A stretch of DNA of 63,587 bases, counting the filler, from Octopus bimaculoides (lineage: Eukaryota): assembly GCF_001194135.2 (NCBI RefSeq). It is 5 parts of 4 records of this genome, joined end to end, with 100 filler letters (N's around TTAATTAATTAA, not from the genome) between each part and the next. Parts side by side here need not be neighbours in the genome. Positions count along the whole stretch, not along the records: positions 33,362 to 49,222 come from NC_068987.1; positions 49,323 to 62,410 come from NC_068987.1; 3 more parts are not named here. One strand, 5' to 3'. Both the position numbers and the translations under genes were made by a program. Shown here piece after piece: positions 40,259 through 51,330 of this stretch. The first letter of the stretch is position 1. Every line of letters starts with the position of its first letter. Below the pieces are notes generated by a model, which saw only the letters and a program-made list of their open reading frames with translations, did no database searches and was not told where the DNA came from.

Positions 40259-41001
40259 TATTACGCGCTACCGCCTGTGTGTCACACTTACATGATTTAT
40301 TTTTCTGTGTAGGATATATTTAGCAAGGCGTTTCTCTGTTGTTTTAGTAATTGAAGAGTTTATTTCGGGAAATTGTTTTGTTCGATAAATAGCAGCTTTC
40401 GCTAAGACCAACTACTGTGGGATGTATTATCTCGTATAACGAGGTCGATGAACGTTTTTGATAATTGATTGTTGTGAGGTCTGTTGAGAGGTTACATCGG
40501 TAAATATTTGCTTCAATACTGAATACGGATACAGGAGTGAGTTCCGTAGGTGAACGTATATGTTCGATTAATGTTGTAATCAGTGAATGAATGTTTTGCA
40601 CTAGATATATTTTTATTAGCAAATGAATGTTTGCTCTTGTTGAGTGATTTTTATCGGTCAATGAATATTTTAAGAATGTAATTTGTTCAATGTGTTTACC
40701 AAACGACAAATTTATGAGTTCTTTTTTCGGGAATGTGTACGTGTGTGTGTGTGCGTGCGCGCGCGCGTTTGGGGGTTGGCTGTTATTTGTGTATGTTTGG
40801 GGGAAAAGCAGTGTGTTTGTTATTGTGTATAGAGTTCCGTGTGTGTGAGTATTTAGCTGGCTGTCTGTCAGTGTCTGGGTGTGTGAATGCTCAATGTTGA
40901 AGGAGTTGAGGTATTTTGATTTACGATTATGATATCGTGAATTTAGTTCATAATCTAGGCGTCATGCTGTGCTTTTCAGCATGGCACTTCATGTGTCTCT
41001 A

Positions 41002-41455
41002 AGCGCAGGAGTGGCTGTGTGGAAAGTAGCTTGCTTACCAACCACAAGGTTCCGGCTTGAGTCCTACTGTGTGGCTACTTGGGCAAATGTCTTCTACTAT
41101 AGCCTGGGGCCGACCAAACTCTTGAGTGAATTTGGTAGACGGAAACTGAAAGAAGCCTGTCATATATACATATGTGTATGTGAGTTTGCTTGTGTGTGTT
41201 AAGTGTGTGTGTGAGAGTGTGTGTAGGGTTGTATATATGTTCGTCAGTGTGTGTTTGTACCTCCTCCCCCACTATCGCTTGACAACGACGTTGGTGTGTT
41301 TACGTCACAGCAATGTAGCAGTTCGGCCAAAGAGACCGAAAGAATAAGTGCGAGGCTTACAAAGAATAAGACCTGGGGTCGATTTTATCGACTGAAGGCG
41401 GTGTTGCGGCATGGCCGCTGTCAACTGACTGAAACAAATAAAAGAAAAGAATTAA
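41002..41455 (+). mobile_element. SINE family A, full length
   Basis: Head agcgcaggagtggctgtgtggaaag (box A-like) and gagtcctactg (box B-like region), CORE-like block, internal (GT)n, A-rich end. Confidence 0.85.
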
Positions 41456-42417
41456 AGAATATATATATATNNNNNNNNNNNNNNNNNNNNNNNNNNNNNN
41501 NNNNNNNNNNNNNNNNNNNNNNNNNNNNNNNNNNNNNNNNNNNNNNNNNNNNNNNNNNNNNNNNNNNNNNNNNNNNNNNNNNNNNNNNNNNNNNNNNNNN
41601 NNNNNNNNNNNNNNNNNNNNNNNNNNNNNNNNNNNNNNNNNNNNNNNNNNNNNNNNNNNNNNNNNNNNNNNNNNNNNNNNNNNNNNNNNNNNNNNNNNNN
41701 NNNNNNNNNNNNNNNNNNNNNNNNNNNNNNNNNNNNNNNNNNNNNNNNNNNNNNNNNNNNNNNNNNNNNNNNNNNNNNNNNNNNNNNNNNNNNNNNNNNN
41801 NNNNNNNNNNNNNNNNNNNNNNNNNNNNNNNNNNNNNNNNNNNNNNNNNNNNNNNNNNNNNNNNNNNNNNNNNNNNNNNNNNNNNNNNNNNNNNNNNNNN
41901 NNNNNNNNNNNNNNNNNNNNNNNNNNNNNNNNNNNNNNNNNNNNNNNNNNNNNNNNNNNNNNNNNNNNNNNNNNNNNNNNNNNNNNNNNNNNNNNNNNNN
42001 NNNNNNNNNNNNNNNNNNNNNNNNNNNNNNNNNNNNNNNNNNNNNNNNNNNNNNNNNNNNNNNNNNNNNNNNNNNNNNNNNNNNNNNNNNNNNNNNNNNN
42101 NNNNNNNNNNNNNNNNNNNNNNNNNNNNNNNNNNNNNNNNNNNNNNNNNNNNNNNNNNNNNNNNNNNNNNNNNNNNNNNNNNNNNNNNNNNNNNNNNNNN
42201 NNNNNNNNNNNNNNNNNNNNNNNNNNNNNNNNNNNNNNNNNNNNNNNNNNNNNNNNNNNNNNNNNNNNNNNNNNNNNNNNNNNNNNNNNNNNNNNNNNNN
42301 NNNNNNNNNNNNNNNNNNNNNNNNNNNNNNNNNNNNNNNNNNNNNNNNNNNNNNNNNNNNNNNNNNNNNNNNNNNNNNNNNNNNNNNNNNNNNNNNNNNN
42401 NNNNNNNNNNNNNNNNN

Positions 42418-42461
<44 letters not shown>

Positions 42462-43149
42462 CCACGTGTTACCTACAAACATAAGTTCTTTTAACTACTA
42501 ATTATTATACACCCAAATAACCACTGGTTTATAATGAAACAGCCAAATAACCAAAAACTCAACCCACGTTCTTGAAAATTTAAAGCCTTTAAAATCATTA
42601 ATATCCACAATTTCCTGTGAAAATTTAACACTCTAATATGTAAGCATGTAAATTTTTTATACAAACTTCCCAATATCTAAGTTTACACTCATTACTCCAA
42701 AAACCAAACATTTTGCTTGTTCTGCTTATTCTATTATATCTGCTATCACTGACATTATTATCGTTGTTGTTGCAACAACAACAACAACAATTACAATTCC
42801 CATCACAGCAGCAGTAGTCAAAATCAGGACTACAGCAACTTGAACATCTCAGCATACATACCTCAATGCATTTATCACCAACACCATCAACATCATCACT
42901 ACAAGTGTAATCGACTACCAAAGTCAAATAGCACCATTATAACTACTACTTCTGCGAGGGAGCAACTATCACATCTTCCTTCTCGCTCCTCCACTACCAC
43001 TGCCACCAGTGACCAACTTCGCCTCCCTCATTCTCTCACCGCCTCGGTCCCAACATCAACACTAACAAACTCAAATTATGTTCGTGTTGTATCATAACAC
43101 TACGACAGAACTATTTCTCCTCAATTCGTCTTAGTCTCTTCAGCATCGT

Positions 43150-43340
43150 GCGAGCCCACATAAAGGAGGAAAGTGATTTCACAGCATTTAAACGGTCGCT
43201 AGATGATTACCTCCAACAAATACCAAAATACCCACATCCGGATATATCTCTGAAAGCAATAACTCTCTGATCGAATGGGATATGGTACCCAAGAGCTGAC
43301 TGTGTATCTTTTCCAGGTGGTGCTATTAAATTAGACATGG
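43150..43340 (+). pseudogene. CR1/L2-like LINE 3' end
   Basis: FKRSLDDYLQQIP...SNNSLIEW resembles the FKxxLDxFLxxIPD...NSLxxW terminus of CR1/L2-group elements. Confidence 0.55.
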
Positions 43341-43409
43341 CCTGGATCGACTTCAGCCGAAACTTATCTAATTAATCTTAGTATAACGGATACACATACG
43401 TTTATATTC

Positions 43410-43444
<35 letters not shown>

Positions 43445-43838
43445 TGNNNNNNNNNNNNNNNNNNNNNNNNNNNNNNNNNNNNNNNNNNNNNNNNNNNNNN
43501 NNNNNNNNNNNNNNNNNNNNNNNNNNNNNNNNNNNNNNNNNNNNNNNNNNNNNNNNNNNNNNNNNNNNNNNNNNNNNNNNNNNNNNNNNNNNNNNNNNNN
43601 NNNNNNNNNNNNNNNNNNNNNNNNNNNNNNNNNNNNNNNNNNNNNNNNNNNNNNNNNNNNNNNNNNNNNNNNNNNNNNNNNNNNNNNNNNNNNNNNNNNN
43701 NNNNNNNNNNNNNNNNNNNNNNNNNNNNNNNNNATATATATTCACAAACGTAGATATTCATACACATACATAAGCATACACACATATACATATATATTGA
43801 AGAGTATAGAACCACATCTTAGCCACTATTTTCCCTAG

Positions 43839-44126
43839 GCTTTCACTGAACTGGAGAAGTCCCACCTCCTTCTAGCAGAACGTAAACGCATATTAAGAAA
43901 AGATCCTGGAGTGCAGTTCTTTCCTGGTTGTCTAAACCCCTGCAGTGCCATAGCTTACATAACTGTTCGCGATGAAAAGTGTTTGGTTTTGGGCTCTCAT
44001 CCACTCAAAGCAAATTCATGCAATAGAACTTCTCAGACTATTGCAACGCTTGCGCGGACTTACTTGGTTGGGGAAGAGATATTAATCTGTAATGAGATGG
44101 ATGTCACCATATATACACGTGTGTAG
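43839..44126 (+). CDS. Candidate exon: acceptor followed by a 96-codon open frame (AFTELEKSHLLLAERKRILRKDPG...)
   Basis: tattttccctag| then an open phase-0 frame to 44126. No strong donor. Confidence 0.3.
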   Translation, partial: AFTELEKSHLLLAERKRILRKDPGVQFFPGCLNPCSAIAYITVRDEKCLVLGSHPLKANSCNRTSQTIATLARTYLVGEEILICNEMDVTIYTRV

Positions 44127-44204
44127 ATGTGTGTACATGTGTGTATATGTGTGTATGTGTGTGCATGTGTATATATGTGTGTGTATGTAGCATTGTATCA
44201 ATAT

Positions 44205-44482
44205 AATTTACGCTTTACTTATTTTTTAAGCCGGGTATTATCGTTCTCTGTGTCGAAGTCACAAGGATGAAACACACCGACACTGATTGCCAAGCGGCGG
44301 TGAGGAACAAACATATATGGCGGGCTTCTTACAGTTTCCGTTTACCATATCCATTCACAAGGCTTTTACCGTCCCAGGGCTATTGTAGATGACACATTTC
44401 CCAAGCTTCCACGGAGTGGCACTGAACCAGGAACCATGTGGTTGGAAAACAGTCTTCTTACAACACCCACACGCCTACGCCT
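44205..44482 (-). mobile_element. SINE family A, degenerate
   Basis: ggcgggcttcttacagtttccgtttacc...ggcactgaaccaggaaccatgtggttgg...acgcctacgcct. Confidence 0.75.
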
Positions 44483-46066
44483 GTATGTGCACAAAACAAA
44501 ATCGTATTCAGCATATATGAATCAATGACACTGCGAGTCAAGCAGTGCATACAAATCCAAATACAGAAGGTAAGTTTCACAAATTTTCGATGCAGATGAA
44601 TTTATACGCCATGTGGCGGGCAATTGTATTAACGGCCATAAATCGATGGCGAGTAATGCTTTACACAACTACCCACGACAGCATTAGCGAACATGTGGTA
44701 TCGATTTCTATGTCACGATTGCATTTCCTTTCCCTTTTGTTTGAAAATTAAAAGTATTTGCTAAGTGATTCATAATTTAAATTACGGAAGTCGCGCAATC
44801 ATTATTGTTCTTTTACATCTTCTTAATATGAAATTTTCGGATAGATGGTTCAGCTATAGAATGATAATATTCAGTTTGGTACGGATAATTGTAAAACGAT
44901 ACATTCGAATAGAGATGTGAATTGAGTAATGGCAGGTTCAGATGTTTCAAATTTAAAACTATGGTATACTCTCTCTCTCCCACGTCGACTGAATTTGACC
45001 GCAGAACTTAATGCCACTAAGGATATTCCCTTTCGTGTTAAATTTACATCACTGCTATAGAAAAACTTTCACGGAATGTCTATTGAAGAGTTTCTTATAT
45101 ATTTGGCTGTAGAAGAATTATCTGTCAGAGACAAGTGTTTTTTCACATTATTTTTCATTTTCAAGCAAAAATAGGAAGGTAAAATGAATGATGTCTTCCA
45201 AAGATCTACTTTCAGAGCTTGCTTCTTGTTAGGGCCAGGTGGTTAGATATCTACATTTAAATTAGGGGGTTAATGCAAGTACTTCATAATACCACGTTTT
45301 CAAATTCTGTCCATTTTCAACAGAAGTCGCTACTAGTTACATTTGAGATCTTTGAATATTCAGATATATTTCTCAGGGAAAAACAATATGAGATTTGAAT
45401 TAATACATGCAACATTACACATCTCTAGCAACACTCCTTCATAGTCATCCAATGAACATTTCAGCCAACCCTCGTATTTCAACTGTTGTTTACACGCTAG
45501 TTGTTCAAAACATTGGTATATCTTGCATTTCAAGATAAAACATTTCTATGTGATTTTCCATCAATTCTTTACAGGAAAGAAACATCACCATCATAACAAT
45601 AGTAACAAAATAGGCTAGAAATATTCAGCTGCTGCTTTTCTCACCTGAACAATATTTCGAGCATATCTTATATATATATATATATATATATATNNNNNNN
45701 NNNAAAATAATGGAAATAGTGCTATCATTTTGGTGTTATCACATTTCAAAAGCATATATTATTGATTATTTCTTAAGGCTTTCCCTCTTTCTATCAAGCA
45801 GAATTTATTTGCTGATATCTATTAGCAGCGATGAATAATTGTTATTTCAGATATCTCAATCATTTACGTATAATTTTCTGAAAGGAACAAATTTATGGTA
45901 CGTCGTATGAAAATTATATGTAGTTTATTAATGGAGTGGAGAGAAAATGGAGATTAAATGTTTAGGGAAATAATGTATACATTTCGAAGGATACATATAT
46001 AAAACATAGACAATTGCGTATGTGTATATGTAAGTGTGTGGAATTTATTTATTATTTCATTTGCAG

Positions 46067-46125
46067 AATGACAATGCACTTTTGTCGAGGAAGCTCTTCG
46101 TGTTTGAGAAAATGCGAATGGGAAT
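46067..46125 (+). CDS. Candidate internal exon (NDNALLSRKLFVFEKMRMG)
   Basis: tttatttattatttcatttgcag| ... aat|gtaagt. 59 nt. A phase 0 start is in frame with 39076-39187. Confidence 0.45.
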
Positions 46126-46284
46126 GTAAGTGCATATATTTGTATGTGAAGGAATAAAAACATGCTCTTATGCATTGGTCTGTATGTCATTTTATTACCT
46201 AAGCATGTGTCTGAGTGTGAGTATTCTCCCTCTCTCTCTTTCTCTCTCTCTCTCTTCCTCTCTCTTTCTCTCTCTGTCTCTCTT

Positions 46285-46317
<33 letters not shown>

Positions 46318-46559
46318 TTATATATATATATATGTGCGTGCNNNNNNNNNNNNNNNNNNNNNNNNNNNNNNNNNNNNNNNNNNNNNNNNNNNNNNNNNNN
46401 NNNNNNNNNNNNNNNNNNNNNNNNNNNNNNNNGTTTGGGCATACATGTTATGCCCAAGATTTTCAAAAGGAAAATCTTTTGAATGAATTATAGGTTTTCT
46501 CGCAGTACAATAATTGAATAATTGTTCTCACTTAAATAATGCAAATCCTTCTGTTTTTT

Positions 46560-47100
46560 TAATGTTTGAAGAACTCCGGCATTTAGAAGACTTCATGCAG
46601 ATCTGTTATTGCGTAAACTAATGCTCCTATGACATGCATGATTAACATTTATTTCTTTATTATTCAAAGATGTTATTCATAGACTTTCTAATATATTACA
46701 AGATGTTCACACCCGTCGGGTACGTGATCTTTACAATAGTGCTTTGATCTTTCTTCCTGTATCACAGACTATATTGGCTGTACTTTGTTTACTGCAAGCT
46801 ACTGAGTTTGTTGGAAAGTTCCACTGTTATTCTATATTGTTGAAGGTTTACATACATTCTGATTCTCTATGCATTGGGTATGATCATTAGGAAAATTCTC
46901 CCTGCGTATAGCTTAAAAGACTAGTCCCTTGCAGATATGTTACGACAGCTAATTAACTTCTACTCAGATTGGAAACAAACGACATATTCTTTGTTACAAG
47001 GTCAGAGAACAACCACATCTCTCTTGTTAAACAGTTATTTAGGAACTACTACCTGCTCCTGACTATCAAAAGAAAAACATTCTACATAATATGTATCACC
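46560..47100 (+). pseudogene. Highly decayed CR1/L2-like LINE remnant
   Basis: Fragments resembling LELRRLHADLL and YKVRxQ. Many indels. Confidence 0.35.
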
Positions 47101-47967
47101 GATTAAGGACAGACTACTAACTCTCGTCAATGTTCTTGATAATCTGTGGCTTAAGGGCTATGTAAAATGAGCACATATGTAACTTTTGCTGGCATGATTG
47201 CTATATTGCATACTAATCTGTATAACAAAGTCGCTCCAGCCACACATACATACACACACACAAACGCATGCACGTACGCACACACACATAAATACATATT
47301 TGTATATATATACTTATGTATGTATATCTGTATGGAAAGAGAGAGAGGAGGAGGAGAGAGGGGCAAAAGAGAGGCAGGCTGACTAAGAGAGACACGTTTG
47401 CTACATTGTCAGTCGCGTAGATTCACTTGTTCGAATTATTTTCAAGTGCATTCTCATCCTGAAACTATATAGATTTAACGTACGAAATAGGTTAACTACT
47501 GAATTTCCTATATTGTCACGCCACCTTGCTTCATAATACACTCCAGGTGGTGTTAAGTTTGACTTGGCTTAGACCAATAACATCCCAAAACTTGGAGAGT
47601 ATGTACCCATACACATAAACACGTATGTACATATTCTGATTAACAGCTTCTATGTTGCAGAAACTATTTATTCCTTTCTATTGTGCTCTACCCTACTGAT
47701 CATATTATTAATTTAATAATAGCCTTTATGTAAGTAAACCTAATATTTGTACACCTAGAAATTTATATTAGCTTATGCATAACAACACCGGAAACTCCAC
47801 AACTTATAACATACCACTTAAATTATAATTATTATATAGTTAGCATGTTCTATCGCCCCAGTATTCCTTTATTAAATTGCCAGTAAATGCAAGTGATCAA
47901 TCTTCATAGATACCACCTTATAAGTAAATATTTAAGTACATAACTAAATATTAAACTAATACTATGT

Positions 47968-48340
47968 AATTAAACCTTCGGAGAGGCATTATGCCGGTAA
48001 TAAATACACGCACTGGTTCAGTCCTTTATTAATTTATATAGTTTTTTTGTTAAATTATTTCATTGCACTCTTGCAATCTCTTCAGTAACGTGTCTCTCCA
48101 CTTCCATTTATTTTGTCTTCTTACCCTTTTTGCGGATTTAAATATAATTATACAAACGTGTCCGACTGATTAAATTTATTTCTATTTATTTTCAAAATAA
48201 ATGGAAGTGGAGAGACAAGTTACTGAAGAGATTGCAAGAGTGCAATGAAATAATTTAACAAAAAAACTATATAAATTAATAAAGGACTGAACCAGTGCGT
48301 GTGTTTATTACCGGCATAATGCCTCTCCCAAGGTTTAATT
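47968..48340. repeat. Long inverted repeat (148-bp arms, 77-bp spacer)
   Basis: Arms 47968-48115 and 48193-48340 are reverse complements with 3 mismatches by manual alignment. Confidence 0.95.
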
Positions 48341-49222
48341 GTATTTCTTTCAACACACGTATCCACATCAAGAATCTTGCACACGAAATACACATACGAA
48401 ATATAATACTATGTAATTTTTTATCTCTCCATTGTTGTAATTTTGGTATATACTCAACATTATTCAAAAATTAATGATTTTGGTTATAAAATTTTCTTAA
48501 TATTTTTTTGATAACCCTAAATTTTACCTTTATACAATATAACAATATTGTTTCAATCATTCAACTATAGTACCCCATAATAAAAATTTCCCCTGTATTA
48601 TCATCATTGGTTTTATTAGTCTTGCCCCTTTAACTGGTGATTAACATCTTGATTCAAGATCTTCCTTTACCAAACCTCATTATAGACAATTACTTAATAC
48701 TATTTCGAAATAATCTTGACAAGTTTTATGACTATACTCACTGTGGTTATGTAACCTCTCTCATGCTAAGAAACACTGCTCTACTGTCTTAGATTTTGAT
48801 ATACAAATATTTCATAAACTAGGACTGTAAATCAAAACCGACCTCAAATATTAGTGACAACTTAGAACCCTAAAATATTTCTTTTTTCCTAATGTGTTAG
48901 TAGCCTCTAAGCTGAAGTGAAAACAGCATGGATTTTGTCTTCTTACCCTTTTTGCGGATTTAAATATAATTATACAAATATGTCCGACTGATTAAATTAA
49001 TTCTATTTATTTATTAATGCAGCTGAGGTTAACTCAGCATTTAAGTCGATGAAATGATTGCATTGTTCAATTTAATGGAGTCGTACTGCATCACCTCAGG
49101 ATATCTGCTGTTAATTTTTATTTTATTCACCTTATTTTGAAATTGTACCGGTAATACCGAACTAATTTTTGGTGCCTCGACTTTAGTACCTAATTCATCT
49201 GGATCTCAATTATTTTTCTTAT

Positions 49223-49322
49223 NNNNNNNNNNNNNNNNNNNNNNNNNNNNNNNNNNNNNNNNNNNNTTAATTAATTAANNNNNNNNNNNNNNNNNNNNNN
49301 NNNNNNNNNNNNNNNNNNNNNN
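49223..49322. other. Artificial 100-bp assembly spacer
   Basis: 44N-TTAATTAATTAA-44N. Confidence 0.95.
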
Positions 49323-49615
49323 GGCGTAGAACATTGGCAAATTTTATCTTATCTGCTTCCCCTCTGGCTAAATAAACCTGTCGCCTAGCTTCCCTTGTGG
49401 CAGTTTGATACAATTCCCTGCTACCACCGTTCTTCTAATCCTTCCAAGCCTGTTTCTTTTGTCTAATAGCCCTGTCTACCTCCTTGTTCCACCACCACGT
49501 TACTTTGGGTCGAGAGGGGACTTTACCCCAGCCACAGATCTGGTCGGTGGCACTCAGCAGGTTGTCCCGCAGAAATCTCCAATTGTCTTCCACGTTGTAT
49601 GATGCTATATCCCCT
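49323..49615 (-). mobile_element. RTE LINE fragment (endonuclease-RT linker)
   Basis: Minus strand reads NVEDNWRFLRDNLLSATDQICGWGKVPSRPKVTWWWNKEVDRAIRQKKQAWK. The TWWWN...A...KK..W motif is typical of RTE ORF2. Confidence 0.8.
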
Positions 49616-50699
49616 TCTATTTCGTCAAGTAGTAATAATATAGTTTAATAATACCATTTTTTTAAAGAGTATCTAGGACTACATTATTTAACGAGTTCTT
49701 CCTTTTCTTTTAAAGATAGGGTGTGATTGTAAATGTGATTTGGTTGTTCTTTCTAGCTGTTCAAATGATCACAAAGGTACTCCTTTGTTTTTGATCAGTG
49801 AGACCAGTGTGGTTTAGCTTGAGTATACATAGGTCAGTGTCCAGAGAAAAAAAATGTGTAGTGGGGTAAGATCTGGAAGAGGAATGGAGGATGAGCAGAA
49901 ATGTTTAGAATGTGTGATGCTATAAGAAGGATGAGAAGGGAGATGTGGAAGACAACTAGGCCAAAGTAAAGCAGGCAAGGGTTTAGAAGTCCAATTTGTG
50001 TGTGTGTGTGTGAGAGAGAAAGGAGGGGGGAGAGGGAGAGAGAGAGAGAAACAGCAATCTTTGTCATCAAGTGTAAAGCCTTTCTTTGGATTTGGTCTGA
50101 GATGTTTATGGGTGGGTCTTATTTCAGCTTTGTAGTGGGTCAACAAGTCAGGTTGCTCACAAGTTTGGTATATCCTATTGTTTGAATGGGTCATTGTTAA
50201 CATAACTGGCCTGCCCCACCAGGCTTGCCTGGTGAGTATGGTTGCTAAAAAACCAGTCAACATAGGGTTGACAATTATCTAGCAATTGCATGAAGACTAA
50301 GAAATTCCAGGTTAAAGTCTAGTGTGCTGTAAGACCACTGGGAGTGAGGCACCATTTACTTTTTGTTCAATCATGTCCCTAGGACACTACTGTGTACTGG
50401 GAGGACAGTCTGGGTTTGATAGCCTTGGAAGGAAACCTGACTAGGAGAAGGATAACTGTAAGAATAAAACTTCAAGTATCTGTGAAGAGGAGAAGGCTAA
50501 AGGAATCAGTTCCAACTGTAATTGGTTCCAGAAAAGAACTCATTCATTCCATAGAGAGTATAAAGTAAAATGAATGTGATGTGCCTGAAGCCCTCAAACC
50601 TTCAGTCATGAAGGCAGCAATATTAATCAATAATTCATTCATCCAGGTCAAAAATGTATCAGAGTAGTTATTGACCTGAAAGAGGAATCTTAGTTTTGT

Positions 50700-51330
50700 G
50701 ATGTAAGGTTGTCATGAGAAGTCATCTGAAATTGCGAAGCCAGGCATTTGTAGCAAGTCTATTGGTTATAGTTGTGTGTTGTCTAAAGGTAGAGAGAATG
50801 TCAGATACAGTACTATTTCTCTATTATCGCTGGGTGTTAATTTTAACACCTGAGGGCACAAATATGAGGAGAGACCTTCCAATGGCTGTCACAGCCATCT
50901 AACCATAACTGACTGTAGATTTTTATGTTGATTTATGAGTCTACCCTCGACAGAGCCAGATACACTCCAAAGTCAGACATTCTAGTGGCTTACTGTCTGT
51001 TCGATGTCAAATTTCTTTTCATCAGTGAACACCATGAGCAGCGTGTCTTCAGCAATCTCACACAGGATAAAACAACTTCTCTCTAGTCTCATGGTCTTAG
51101 AAACTTGCATGAGCTCATGACAGCAGATCATCTTCTAGGGGCGGGCCCTGAGATCCACCTTCTGTACTTGATACATTGATGCTCAGCTTATTTTTGTTGT
51201 GGATCCTAGTTTTCTGACAGAACAATGAGGATTTTGTTGTACCTTTACTTTCATATTTTTGATAAGCTGAGGGATCTACACACTTCTTTTTCCATCACAT
51301 CCAGATCGATCAGTGGTTAGTCTCTTGAGA
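50700..51330 (-). pseudogene. Tc1/mariner transposase remnant
   Basis: Minus strand gives MVFTDEKKFDI and MAVTAIGRSP..PSGVKINTQR. Confidence 0.7.

Noticed and set aside
3230-46486. Long ORFs containing X runs and YI/HT/CV/SL dipeptide repeats
   Set aside because: They span N gaps and (TA)/(CA)/(GA) microsatellites, so they are not evidence of coding sequence.
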